A DNA stretch of 64,000 nt from Alloascoidea hylecoeti (taxonomy: Eukaryota). The translations under genes and the position numbers were made by a program. The notes beneath the pieces were generated by a model. That model was not told the origin of the DNA. It was given only the letters and a program-made list of their open reading frames with translations, and ran no database searches. The DNA lies in NCBI GenBank assembly GCA_001600815.1, contig BCKZ01000011.1, positions 537,622-601,621 on the forward strand, written 5' to 3'. Of the stretch, positions 39,659 through 52,203 are shown piece by piece (position 1 is the first letter of the stretch; each line of letters begins with the position of its first letter).

Positions 39659-40080
39659 TGTAAGATAACAACCGTTCCCACATCTGTATGCATCGTAAGA
39701 AACACAAGAATGAAAACAGTTTTTAAAATTTAACAAAATTATTTATTGTCTATATAAAATATACAAATCTTTGGTGTCGTTCAGCAGGTGGAATACGTCG
39801 NNNNNNNNNNNNNNNNNNNNNNNNNNNNNNNNNNNNNNNNNNNNNNNNNNNNNNNNNNNNNNNNNNNNNNNNNNNNNNNNNNNNNNNNNNNNNNNNNNNN
39901 NNNNNNNNNNNNNNNNNNNNNNNNNNNNNNNNNNNNNNNNNNNNNCGACGTATTCCACCTGCTGAACGACACCAAAGATTTGTATATTTTATATAGACAA
40001 TAAATAATTTTGTTAAATTTTAAAAACTGTTTTCATTCTTGTGTTTTTTACGGTGCATATGGGGCCGCCGCGGTGGTTAC
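39659..40080. repeat. Inverted 114-bp repeat copies (39687-39800 / 39946-40059, 2 mismatches) around an assembly gap; LTR-like ends
   Basis: Direct reverse-complement match; the left copy terminates in TCTTACA (TGTAAGA at 39659). Confidence 0.85.
39801..39945. other. Assembly gap (145 N)
   Basis: Run of N. Confidence 1.
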
Positions 40081-41844
40081 CGAACTCTTATTAATAGAAG
40101 TTACCCTGATTTTTATATTGTCTAATTTTCATTTAATCGTGATCATGATCCCAATATGTATTTTTACAATGATGCCATTATAGCTAGAAACTTCAAATTG
40201 AGGATTGTAATATATTATTTTTACTATTGTTATATTATAAATTCTCTAATATTCTTTATTTAAAACCCAATTTACATCTACTAGTGATCGCGATATATAT
40301 TTTCAATTATGCCATTATTTTTAGAAATTTCAAGTTGAAAATTGTATAAATAATAAGTAATTTTCATATGAAGAATATAACACAAATCGCAATTTTGAGG
40401 CGAACCGTCAAACACAAAACACGCTAAAGAAGCAGGAAGTTAATCCTTATTATAAGTATAATCTATCGGCAGCAAACAGTACCAGTATACTACTGAGTAT
40501 AGTGAATAATTAATTGTAAAGTTTAAAAATATAAGGATTAGCCTTACTACTGAATGAGACATGTTATATACCGTTTTGACTAAGCAAACGTATCAAATAG
40601 TCTAATGCTATTATTCACTTCATATTATTGATTTTAATATGGGGTTCAGTTAGGTAGTGGCAGTACGGTAGTAGATTTACCTGTTTAGCGTAAATATAGT
40701 CACGGAGTATGTTAAGCAAGTTCATGTAATCCGCAAAAACTCAAAATACACGTATCATGAGAAAGCTCATGAATATAACTTGTTGTATAGCTATAATTAT
40801 CAGCAGAAAATATCAATCGGATGAAAAATAGAGTTGCTGACAGACCTTATGAAAATTTAGAAACTTTTCGCTGATATATGAATAATAAGTCATTAGTTTT
40901 ATCCGAATTATCACAACTTCCAAATTTAAACTGTTCGTGATGATGAGGTTCCAGAAGGAGGTAATATATTAAAATTTCGGAGTTTACTCCTATTTCTGAT
41001 CAAAATTTAAAAAATTTCCTCAATGGTATTCTGATTAGAGTTAACTATTAACTATAAACACGCATAAGTGAATAATGAAGGCGGATTAAATTTTATACTG
41101 ATCTGTGATGAAAGAAATAGAATTTTCACATTGCACTGAATATATTATTATTGTGGGTACATGTATACAGATACTATACATTAATATTCTATCCTCTTAA
41201 CTTATTGAGGATTGTACTCCGCTACTCATTTAAGTTGAGGCAAGACGAGACCCCTTCAAGACAATTGAGTATACCAAGAAGAAGTGTTTTACTATATGAA
41301 ACATTAGTATTGTTCATACTGAGACTATTGACTATAGCCATTTTTTAACATGACAAAACACATTTTTTGATCACCAAAAGAGCGGCGGTATAGTTCACGA
41401 TCAGACTGCTTTTGTTGTCTTTGAACGATTAAATATACTCTTTTTCCTAATTTAAACTGTTTAGATATGTAATAATTATATACGGCTATAAGGTTCGTTC
41501 CACTGAATCCTAATATGTTAATTTTAAAATACGCGATGAATAGAAAGGCAAATAAGCTTTTCAACACAGTCTTGATGCGCTTTATTTATTAGATGCAGTC
41601 ATTATCTCTATTACCACAATTCACAATTTCCTGATCAAGAATAAATTGAAGTATATTAGTATTGTGATATATACTCCTGTTAGGAAACTGAGATAACCCT
41701 CATATGGTATATGCTTTCATTTTATCTATATATAATGTATCGTATATCCCATCTCTTTTTGAAGTTCTAAGACACCAATCAATAAAACTATATTATTCAT
41801 ACACATAAACACAAGTATATGTAATAGTATATAAGTTTTTAATT

Positions 41845-43818
41845 ATGCCTCCATTAACTACAACCGAATCTTCTTCTACACTAGCCAACTCTAGAAATGG
41901 TGAAGATTCTTTAAACTTATCACCAAATTATTTACAAGTATCTGCTGGTCATTCACAATCTAGAAGTGAGACAAGTACTTTTTCTGGTTCTATTCTTAGT
42001 AAAGGAGACAGTGATGCTGAATCAAATGTAACTAGCTTTTATGATGAAATTTATGCAGCCGGGGATACTGAAAATGAAATTGAACGTGTTGTGAAGAGAC
42101 ACTCTATTTTATTTGTTCATAACAATAGATTTAGCAGAGCTAAATCAGAATTCTTCAATGCAGATGTTGAAAAACAATTGAGAGATACAACAGAAGTAAT
42201 TGAATATGTTGATGAATTATCTGAAACAGAATCAAGTGATTACAAAGAAGAAGTATTACAAGATAATTCTGAATTTCGTTCATTAGATCCTAAAGTTGTC
42301 ACATGGAACGGTACAGAAGATCCAAAGCATCCAAGAAATTGGGGTAGTGGTAGAAAAGCATTAATGACATTTATTGTTGCACTTTATACATTTGTTGGAC
42401 CTTTATCTTCATCTCTTTTATCACCAGCAATGGTATTAATCGTTAAAGAATTTAAAATTACAAATTCTGTAATTGCTTCAATGGTTGTTTCTATTTATGT
42501 TTTAGCATGGGCTATTTGCCCATTATTATGTTCACCATTATCCGAAATGTATGGACGTAAAATAGTTTTAAATGTTTCAATTGTTTTCTTAACTTTTTTC
42601 AATCTTGGTTGTGGTCTTTCTCAAAATACAGCACAATTAATTATTTTTAGATTTCTTGCTGGTATGGCATCTGCTCCACCAATGTCTATTGGTGCTGGGG
42701 TTCTTGCAGATCTATATACAGATAGAGAAAGAAATATTGCAATGGCCTGGTATACATTAGGCCCAACACTAGGACCAATTGTTGGACCAGTTATATCTGG
42801 ATTTCTTAGTGAAAAATATGGATGGAGATGGTGTTTTTATCTTCTTGTAATTACTTGTGGTATTAGCGCCGTTACTGGATGGGTGCTCTTACAAGAAACA
42901 TATTCTCCAGTTCTTTTAAACAACAAAGCTAAAAGTTTACGTAAGAAAACAGGAAATAATGATTTAAAAACATTTTATGAAATGACAGACGAAGAAACTT
43001 TAACATCAAGATTAGCTGTTAATATTTCAAGACCAATCACATTATTATTTACACATCCAATGGTTTTCGGATTGGGATTATTTATGGCATTTGTTTATGG
43101 ATTTATGTATCTTATGATTGTTACATTTCCAGAAGTTTGGGGCCATGTCTATGGGTTTACTGCTGGTATTTCAGGATTAATGTTTTTACCATTGGGAATT
43201 GGTTATTTAATTGGGATTTTATTCTGGACTGTTGTACTAGATAAAGTTTACTTTGGTCTCACTGAAAAAAATGGCGGCGTTTCTAAACCAGAATATAGAT
43301 TGCCATGTTTGGTTTCAAGTGGTATTTTAATCCCTGTGGGATTGGTTATTTATGGCTGGGGTGCACAAAAGAAAGCTTTTTGGATTGTACCATGTATTGG
43401 TATTTCAATTTACGGTTTTGCAACAATTGTTGTTTTTCAGTCAATTCAACATTATTTAATTGATATGAATAATAGATATAGTGCCTCCGCAGTTGGAGCT
43501 GGCACTGTTTTCAAATCATTATTTGGGTTCGTGTTTCCTTTATTTGCTAATAAAATGTATCATAAGTTAGATTATGGTTGGGGAAATACAACATGTGCAT
43601 TTATCGCATTAGTCCTTGGTGTTCCATTTCCTCTTTTGGTATTGAAGTATGGAGAGAAACTTCGTGGTTGGGCAGATAGAAGAATGGATAAACGTCAAAG
43701 TGAGAGAAGTTTAAAAAACTTACAAAAATCGTTAGAAAAGAGAGAGACCATAGGGAATTCAATCCTAAAGAAATTGAAGATAGTTTCAAATGGACATGGT
43801 CGTGAAGGGAACTTCTAA
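41845..43818 (+). CDS. MFS drug:H+ antiporter, DHA1 family
   Basis: 657 aa; WNGTEDPKHPRNW, PLSEMYGRK, GPTLGPIVGP, ETYSPVLL, PEYRL motifs. Confidence 0.93.
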   Translation: MPPLTTTESSSTLANSRNGEDSLNLSPNYLQVSAGHSQSRSETSTFSGSILSKGDSDAESNVTSFYDEIYAAGDTENEIERVVKRHSILFVHNNRFSRAKSEFFNADVEKQLRDTTEVIEYVDELSETESSDYKEEVLQDNSEFRSLDPKVVTWNGTEDPKHPRNWGSGRKALMTFIVALYTFVGPLSSSLLSPAMVLIVKEFKITNSVIASMVVSIYVLAWAICPLLCSPLSEMYGRKIVLNVSIVFLTFFNLGCGLSQNTAQLIIFRFLAGMASAPPMSIGAGVLADLYTDRERNIAMAWYTLGPTLGPIVGPVISGFLSEKYGWRWCFYLLVITCGISAVTGWVLLQETYSPVLLNNKAKSLRKKTGNNDLKTFYEMTDEETLTSRLAVNISRPITLLFTHPMVFGLGLFMAFVYGFMYLMIVTFPEVWGHVYGFTAGISGLMFLPLGIGYLIGILFWTVVLDKVYFGLTEKNGGVSKPEYRLPCLVSSGILIPVGLVIYGWGAQKKAFWIVPCIGISIYGFATIVVFQSIQHYLIDMNNRYSASAVGAGTVFKSLFGFVFPLFANKMYHKLDYGWGNTTCAFIALVLGVPFPLLVLKYGEKLRGWADRRMDKRQSERSLKNLQKSLEKRETIGNSILKKLKIVSNGHGREGNF

Positions 43819-45536
43819 TTATATTAATTATATCTAGACCTCCTGGAGAGAGATTACCTATTCATATTTGATGATTCTATTAGCCTATATGGCAATTACA
43901 ATTGCGATGTTATATTACATTCATTATTCGCAATATTTGATCACACTTGATGACTATGACAATTACAATTGCATTACACAAATTTATTTCTAACATCAAT
44001 CATGGATCTGGGATCCCTTATGATACTACGCTCTTTTTTAAGATATGACTTTCCTTTACGTTAAAACTATCATTTATGCTTATTATATTATCAATTGTTT
44101 TTTGTCATTGCATTAATAACTGGTTTATTATATATTTTCTTCATTTGTTGTATATATACCGACGGCACTAATTATACATGTTGATATAATTAGATAGTTA
44201 GATTATATCATAGTTTTACTAATAAATTTAATATTGAATATTTTATATAACTTATAACATTAACATTGATATTGTAATTAGTTGCTTGGAGCTACTGTTC
44301 TTGTTAATTTGAACTGACGTGCATCATGGTTAGTATAACTTGTCTCATTTTTGAGATGCAAAAGGCATTGTTGCCACAGGCCAATTATTTCTTCTTGTAT
44401 GCGGTAGACATTGGAGTATACGTCATATGATATGCATGATCAAATTTAAATTACCCACGCAACATATTCAATTTGTAAGCTCAGATCGCAGCTACAGTAT
44501 TGTTCGTTGCAATTGGAGATAACTGTCAGCTTATCATTAACAGCAACGGTTGGTGTTGACAGCTATTACATTGCTTTGGTTGTGGTGATGAAGTTGTCAG
44601 ATAAATACCGTAACTATAGAGAATTGTATTAACAATCGTACACTATTAAAAGGAGTAGCTATGAATCGCAATTAACACTCAATATATCAACACTAAAATA
44701 TCGTTATTATGAGGTTAGAAAAATGAGTATTAGTCATGAGGCCTTCGACTCAGAATGAGTGGCAGTGGGTTAGTCTGTCTGCTCATGGATAGTTTTTTCC
44801 TTTCCCGTAAATCTTACTTTTATGGGTCAGCCAGTTTAATTATTTTAATAAATGATGGAGGGATCGAAACGCTCAAGCCGATTTTATTTCGATAATTAAA
44901 GAACTTTTATTCCTCCTCTCAACAGATTATTGCCACGATCCAGTTGTAAATTGAATCTATTAAGTCACTTGAAAATTTTATTTTCAGGCTTTCGCTAAGT
45001 TTATGGTCAATTGATCATTTTTTAGATTCGTTGGACATTATTGTATAAATATTCAATCTGGATCGACGTGTTTCGTAGTAACGTAGTTTGGAATATATCA
45101 AACAATAAAGCTTGGGTCAAAGTTCCACTTTCCTATAATCAGCCGTAAGGGAATACCTGATATCTAGAAAGAAACTTCGTTATTCTTAAATAGGTAATTA
45201 TAAGCTTATAAATAATTTTCTTTAGCCATATTAGTAGAAAACAATTATATAATTTTTCCTGTCATGTTTTATTCCTTAATTAAAATCTATAATTATTTAA
45301 TCTAGATCTTATGATAACGTTAATTACAACGTTAATTTTATGAATTCAATTACTCATGAATGGACTCATTTTTTGTAGATCTGTTTTTTATCATCAATAT
45401 AAAAAGTCACATCCCCTGCTTTTTCTTCTCATAAATTAATTTTAAAATTCATATCGCCTTTACCACTTTTTATTTCACTGGTACACTCATCACTTCATAC
45501 TTTTCCCCCTACTTACAATTATAAATTAATCACACA

Positions 45537-46730
45537 ATGTCATCTTTTGCAGAACAGCAGGCTCAGGTTCTTGAGCATTATCAAAAGTTACATGATCAAA
45601 AAGTAAAACAAAGTGGAAAACGGCCTTTTTCCTCGAATGATCAGGCAACCTATTATGGTAATACCGGTACTAGACAATCACATGGCCAAACTCAACAACA
45701 ACAACAAAAGGCTTCTGGAAGCGCTTATAATTATTACTCACCTCCAACAAAGGCTCGGAATCTCAATCTTAAGCCCACTCATGGAGTGACTCCTGGTAAT
45801 AAAGCCAACCACAATAATGACTTTTATAATTATACTTATCAAAATCAAATGCATAGAGACGATTCTGCCTCCGATGATTCTTTTGATGATGCTCGTCAAG
45901 CTCCACTAAGTTATTATAATTCTAGGGCAGAAACAAGATCAAGATCTCCTGAAGTCCCATCAATTAAAATTATAAATCCAACTCCAAAAAGTTCTTTATC
46001 GCGGTCACCTCCAACAGGAAGAAAAATATCAAGATCTGCTACTTTTTCTGGCGGTGTTAGACCAAATTTGAATCCACAAGTATCGAATAAAAAATCAGAG
46101 GCATTTGAATATTTGAAACCATATAAAATTACCTCACTGAAAGAACACTATGAAATTGAAATTGCGATTCCATATCAATTTATGGATGATATTAGAGTTT
46201 TTTCAATTCCAGCTAAAAAAGAAGCTTTAATACAAGCAAAAGTTAGAGATGTTCAAGAATATACCTATAGAGCAACAACACCTTTAGAAGATCGATTCTT
46301 TAGATTACCATTGCCATATAATATAACCTGGAGGCCTGATCCACAATTTAAATTCTGGTTTACAAATGGTTATTTAACTATAATTTTACCAAAAGTTAAC
46401 TCATCAAAACCATATTATCAACCCCAACAGCGGTCCAAAAATGAATTTGAGAGCTCTTATAAGAAAGCTCCTAACAATATTAATGGTAACTCTTATAAAC
46501 CTAATGGATCTGATCCAAAAAGAAACAGTTGGGGATATTCAGGAGAACAAAAGCCAGCAAACTACTACCCTTATGGAAAAACAACCACCCCGATGCCACA
46601 AGGAAGAGCTGAGAGTTATGAAGGAACGGATCCCAGTTTCTATGATGATGACAGCTTCCAATTGGAAAGCGATTACCATGTCCCATCTCGAAACCCTCAA
46701 TCATATAGTAGAACTAATCCAAAATGGTGA
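45537..46730 (+). CDS. Small heat-shock (alpha-crystallin domain) protein with Q/N/Y-rich disordered termini, Hsp42-like
   Basis: YEIEIAIP...FFRLPLP...FTNGYLTIILPK resembles a divergent HSP20 domain; TATAAAAA at about 45398. Confidence 0.65.
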   Translation: MSSFAEQQAQVLEHYQKLHDQKVKQSGKRPFSSNDQATYYGNTGTRQSHGQTQQQQQKASGSAYNYYSPPTKARNLNLKPTHGVTPGNKANHNNDFYNYTYQNQMHRDDSASDDSFDDARQAPLSYYNSRAETRSRSPEVPSIKIINPTPKSSLSRSPPTGRKISRSATFSGGVRPNLNPQVSNKKSEAFEYLKPYKITSLKEHYEIEIAIPYQFMDDIRVFSIPAKKEALIQAKVRDVQEYTYRATTPLEDRFFRLPLPYNITWRPDPQFKFWFTNGYLTIILPKVNSSKPYYQPQQRSKNEFESSYKKAPNNINGNSYKPNGSDPKRNSWGYSGEQKPANYYPYGKTTTPMPQGRAESYEGTDPSFYDDDSFQLESDYHVPSRNPQSYSRTNPKW

Positions 46731-47903
46731 ATATTCTTCATGATATTCTATGACGCTAGCTACTGTTGCTTCAATAATAGTTTTTCTTTTTATTTTTTCT
46801 ATTAGGATATAAATTCGGGTACTTTACTGCTTTCTCCAAAATTTTGGATCAATTTCTATTTTTGTTCCATTTTCTCACACTTTTTTTATGTATTTTGTTT
46901 TGTGTTTATAATTTTTTTAAAAGAGAATTTAAAACAATTGCGGCAACGATAGGGTTGGAAGATCTAAATGATATAGATTTAAAGAAAACTGAAAAAATTG
47001 TCAATTACAATATCGGAGAAATAGATCTAGGTGGGTATTAAATTCTCTTTTTAATTAATGAATATTGCTATAAATTCATAATTAACATTATATATTCTGT
47101 TATCATTAATTAATATTACTACTTAATTTGCTTTATATAATTTATAATTTTATATTCTGTTTCCGATCAATTTCCTGACATTTGGAGAATCTAATTTTAG
47201 AGATTAATTATTAGCGAAATAATTATACACATCAATTATTAATATTACACTCAAAACTTTGAAAAAATATTAAAACAAACGACAGAAATTATACAAGTAT
47301 GGTCACCATTTTTTAAATATTTTTCCTTCTTGATCTACCTTAATTTAACGAAAGATTTTGAGCCATAGGTTTATAATAACTTCATACACATGCCAAAAGT
47401 AATGGGAAATATTGATATATTTTGTTCCAGATCCGTATACCGAATTAAACTAAAATTAGTATTCTGTAGCTATATCCTATAAAGGTTTACACTATAAAGT
47501 TTTTACTTATGCGTATACAGCGATGTCAACATTTTAGTTGAATTATTAATTTAAAATATGGGCGAATATAGGTCAACTAGATATTAACGAAGAACACTGT
47601 AAAATAAACTCTAAACGGCAACCGTAGTTATTCATTGTGATAATATCAACAATGGAGAGATTTCCGATAGAACAAGATAGTGTCCTAATTAATCTTTTGA
47701 GAGTCTCAATTAGTCTTTCGAAGCATCCTAAGAAGAACCTCATGATCATAACCAATTATACCAGTTCAATTAACGCTAAATTATAAAACATGTTACTTAT
47801 AATTAACTATACATGACCATATGGATGATGAAACGTAATTATAATATTATATAAAAACTTTATAGAATTCATATATATATAAGATTATACTATGTAGTGC
47901 TAA

Positions 47904-49214
47904 TTATAATTCGGACTGGGACAATTTTAAATTTGATAAGCTATCGTAAACAGATCTTTCAAAATTAGAAAATGAAGTTTCTGCAATTGGATCACCTACA
48001 GGAATTACTTGAGTAGACCAAGTTCCAGCAATTCCAGTCTTTCGATCTACCCACCATTTTGTATTAGCAAGACCACCCCAACATAGAGTACCAGCGGCAT
48101 TACCAGTGTCTTTGGATTCCGTTTCAAGTATCATTGATGATAAACCATGGACTTTTTTTGTGCCTGGGTAATATTCTCGGAAAATAGCAACGTTTTTAGA
48201 GTCAGTATTAGAGGAAGTAATACCAAATACATGAAAGTCATCTTGAAGATTATTTACCACCGCTTGTTCAATAGTTGATTTTTTTAGGATTCTAGTACCA
48301 TTAATTCCAACTCCATCATTTAACCAAACATGAAGAAATTTAGCATAATCACGAGTTGAACAAAATACCGCATGTCCACCCATATGTTGTTTAGGTTCTA
48401 ATGGAACAACATCGGGTATAACTACTAATTTATTTGACCCATCATTTAATCGCATATGAAGTCTCGCTTGAGATTCAGCATATTCTTCACTTCTGTCACA
48501 AGTAGCTGATGTCATACCTAACGGTTCAAAAATATTAAGCTTCATATATTCACCAAGTGTTTTACCAGTTATTTCTTCAACTATTTTACCCGCCCAGTCA
48601 ACTCCCATACCATATTCCCATTTCGAACCTGGTTCATATGTCAAGGGAGCTTGGAGCGATTCAGGCTCACCAGGAAATATATCAACTATGAAATCATTCT
48701 TTAGCAATTTTGCTAAAGAACCATTAAGTTGGGGATATGAAAACCCAGCAGTATGTGTAAGAAGCATCCTCATTGTGACATCCCTTTTTGGAGGGTACGT
48801 AGAATATCCATCCTTACCTATCGGTTTAGAAGTATCAATTATACCAATAGTTTTAAAGTAATCGATATAATTTTTAACAGGTTCATCAAGATCAATCAAT
48901 CCCTTTTCAACAAGTTGAAGAACTGAGGTAGAAGTAATTAATTTAGTCGATGAAAACTGCGCAACTGGAGTATCAATTGTGAATAATTCCGATGATTCTG
49001 ATGATTTAAAACCAGCTTCTCCCAAATAAATTATACCAGTTTTATCTATGACTATTGCTGCTACACCTGGCAATTTATCACTTGCAACTTCAGCTAGATT
49101 TTTGATGCGGGAGGAGTTGTCATTATCGCTGTTATTGTTGGATTTATTGGATATGGCATCTTCGAGAGATTTATCAATTGCGCGCTTAGCAGATTCGTTC
49201 ATAATGATAGTCAT
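47904..49214 (-). CDS. Beta-lactamase-family serine hydrolase (EstB/LovD-like esterase)
   Basis: SSTK (SxxK), LLTHTAGFSY, EPGSKWEYG, IFEPLGM, WGGLANT. Confidence 0.93.
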   Translation of the reverse strand: MTIIMNESAKRAIDKSLEDAISNKSNNNSDNDNSSRIKNLAEVASDKLPGVAAIVIDKTGIIYLGEAGFKSSESSELFTIDTPVAQFSSTKLITSTSVLQLVEKGLIDLDEPVKNYIDYFKTIGIIDTSKPIGKDGYSTYPPKRDVTMRMLLTHTAGFSYPQLNGSLAKLLKNDFIVDIFPGEPESLQAPLTYEPGSKWEYGMGVDWAGKIVEEITGKTLGEYMKLNIFEPLGMTSATCDRSEEYAESQARLHMRLNDGSNKLVVIPDVVPLEPKQHMGGHAVFCSTRDYAKFLHVWLNDGVGINGTRILKKSTIEQAVVNNLQDDFHVFGITSSNTDSKNVAIFREYYPGTKKVHGLSSMILETESKDTGNAAGTLCWGGLANTKWWVDRKTGIAGTWSTQVIPVGDPIAETSFSNFERSVYDSLSNLKLSQSEL

Positions 49215-52203
49215 CAATCAAATATAATTATTAAAATTTTAATATAGGGAGGTTGCTTCGTTTTATCTGCTCTTTCTTATCAATGTAACCTAAAGCCTTA
49301 TTCATCTACAAAACACAGTTTGAATGAAAGATTGAAGACCTAGGAACCGAGTCTTAATTCGAGATATGTGGTGGGGTATCCTGTTTAACACCAGTAGACT
49401 TTGATAGTTACAACTTAACAGTAAACCTTAATACTAGGATGTATTATGTATTTCACCGTCAGTACTAATGTAATCTTAATATTACCAAAATGAGTACTTT
49501 TTTATAAATATAAAAAGCTTTATATTAATTTTTAAAAGATTTTTTAGTTATGTGCTTGGGTTGTTACGCAATTTACCCTATATTTCATTTTTTGTTTATC
49601 ACAAAAGCAACAAAAAGCAAGCTCATATGAATGAAATCAAAAAAGCGGCAAACCAAAGATTAACAAGATGTGGATGGTCAATGGAGAAATAACTATCTCC
49701 GCTTCTAGAGCTGCGAGTGGGGTGGTGCCCTTGTCATGGACCAGAAACTTTTTTGGGGGTTTGTTATTTGTGCCATTTTGTACTTTTTGAATGTGGGAAA
49801 CATAAACCTGGCCCATAAATCGAGGATATGCCTTACTAGTTGTTTATGCGTTCTTACTGTGGTTAGTGGGCACCCCACAAAATAACCCCCAAACAACGTA
49901 TTGCGTGTATTGCGTTGGCTGTCTTGGTTGGTATGGTCTGTATTTTTGAATGAATTGGACTTTGGGATTTATTCGGCAAATCCTAATGAAACCCCGATTA
50001 ACCTGTTGTTTGGTGGGGGATGCAACTTTACCTGTCCTCATAAGATCGCCAATTTTAGGTTTATTTCTGCCTTGACGACTGTAACTAACAATAGGAGTAT
50101 TTACCGTTGGGCAGTCACTGCCAGTCAGGCTCTTTTAGGTGTTGTAGTTTTTTATTTGAGTCACAAGCTACTGCAGTGCTGCTGCCACTACATGTATAAT
50201 TTATAAGTTATATATATATATGGTTTCGTTTGTAAAAACTATAACTTACTCGAACACCGAAAATTTTCACCTTTCAACTACATTTTACAAAATATAATTT
50301 ACTACAAATCGCAGCAACAAAATCTCTCCATCTTTGAGTGATGATAATGATGATAGTATTTATATTTATTAGAAAGATATAGAGTGCGATGAATTGAAAC
50401 TATTGTAACAAAAGCCATTTCTTTGTGGCCGGTGGCTTAGGACTGGTTGCAAGCTTCTCGCCATAGAAAGTTTTCTACCTTCTCTAGTTTAGTGAACCAC
50501 ATTTGGCACTTACGTTTCTTCATGATTAGTATCCATAGGTAAAATAAATACCAACTGTGTAACGTTCCTGTTCAATCGAGGTCTCAAATATCAGAGATTT
50601 GTGATGTTGTATTGAAGTAATATTATAATGTATACATTTACAAAGATATTTTAAAAATCTGTAAGCATCAAGTTTTCTTATTTTATAGACAAGCTACTGA
50701 AGTAGGGAATTTCTTGCAATGAACTGTTTATGATAATTGTCGGAACAATAATGCTCTGTTGTTGCAATTCTTATGAGAAATCATGGATGGTACAAAATCA
50801 TTTCATCAGGAGTAGAGGCGCTTTTATTTTTTGTGGGAGTCCTATTTTGATGGTTTACTATGGAGGTGATCGTGAAAAGTTATCGTTGAGTTATCAAATA
50901 TGTTGGGAACTTTCCTATACGATATCTGCTTGTTTTGTCACTTGTATTTAACGGCAGAAAGTATAGAGTTATTCTGATGATCTCTTTCATCCCCCAGAGT
51001 CCTTAGACGTTCCATTTTAATTGCTTATGATAATTCGGTCTGGTGGGCTTAAAAAGAAGAAGAACGTTTGCGTTGCAATAAATTGGACATGTTTTCGTGT
51101 TTTGGAGTGGTCTCGAAAAGCTTATATCTCTTTAATGTTTACAATTAACTACAGTACTAGCTAGCATTAACAAGATATCTAGACGATTGTATTAACATAG
51201 ACTCATAATATGATCCCCATATGGCACCTATCAGTTAATAACTTAATAGTAATGGGTTGTTGAAAATTTGGGTTTTAAGTTTGGAACTGGCTCAATACGT
51301 AGAAGAAAGCTCAAACCACAACAAGAATTACCAAATATATCGAGTATATAACCCTATATATTATAAGAATTATGAAAATAGGTAGTAATCCTATTTCTAA
51401 TAAATTATAATTGTTGCCGGTTTTGCAATTCGTGGTTGTAATGTAGCAATTTTGCGTGCCCGCCAGTGCTCCGTGGCCATTGGAAGGAGCTCTGCGTACC
51501 TTGTTGGTAAGCTGGTGCCTTGGCCGTAACACTTCGATGGCCTTTTTCGGATCAACATGCACTTCCAGACCGGGGAGAGGTGTCTGCAGAAGCCAGCACT
51601 CAGGAAGTCTTTATTCTTGCAAGGAATCGTAGAGATGAGACACGTTTTACATATGTGTGATTGAATAATATTGTAAAAATTAACGAATTAAACCTAATTA
51701 TCAGACGAATTAAGGTATCCACAATGCTAATTTCAACAAAGAAACGAAGATATGCACGATCATGCATAACCGCATGATCACCCTACATATATTGCACGTG
51801 CTATGCTGTTTGTGGATTCTTATCTGATAAGCTAAAAAGTTACATAACAAGATATTCTCAATAACCATCTTTTTTTCCCTCTTTTTCATCTTGTCATTTC
51901 TCAATTTTTAATTGTGGACATTTGCATTTTCAATTTGATTTTTATATTTCTAGTAATATAAAAAATTGGTGATTTTGTGTGATTTCACGAGAAAAAACGA
52001 TAGAAATTATAATTAAAATTTTGAAGTAGTTAATTTAATTTCAGTTATCATTAAACAATTTTAAGCATTTTTACACAATCTTTCTGTTTTTCTCACTTCT
52101 TCTTTAAAAAACTCCTGATCACCTTATCTTTTTTGACTATTTCTAATTGTCTGTCCAGCTTCTTCAAATAACTCCGTATCAACAGTTCTAGACCTTTTCA
52201 GCC

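Noticed and set aside
39743..40003. ORFs spanning the N run
   Set aside because: Artefacts of the gap.
44857..44880. B-box/T-arm-like GTTTCGATCCC on the minus strand
   Set aside because: No cloverleaf or A box.
51433..51650. SRP RNA (TGTAATG Alu-like start) or RNase P/MRP
   Set aside because: No helix 8 symmetric loop with a GNRA cap, and no P4 consensus.
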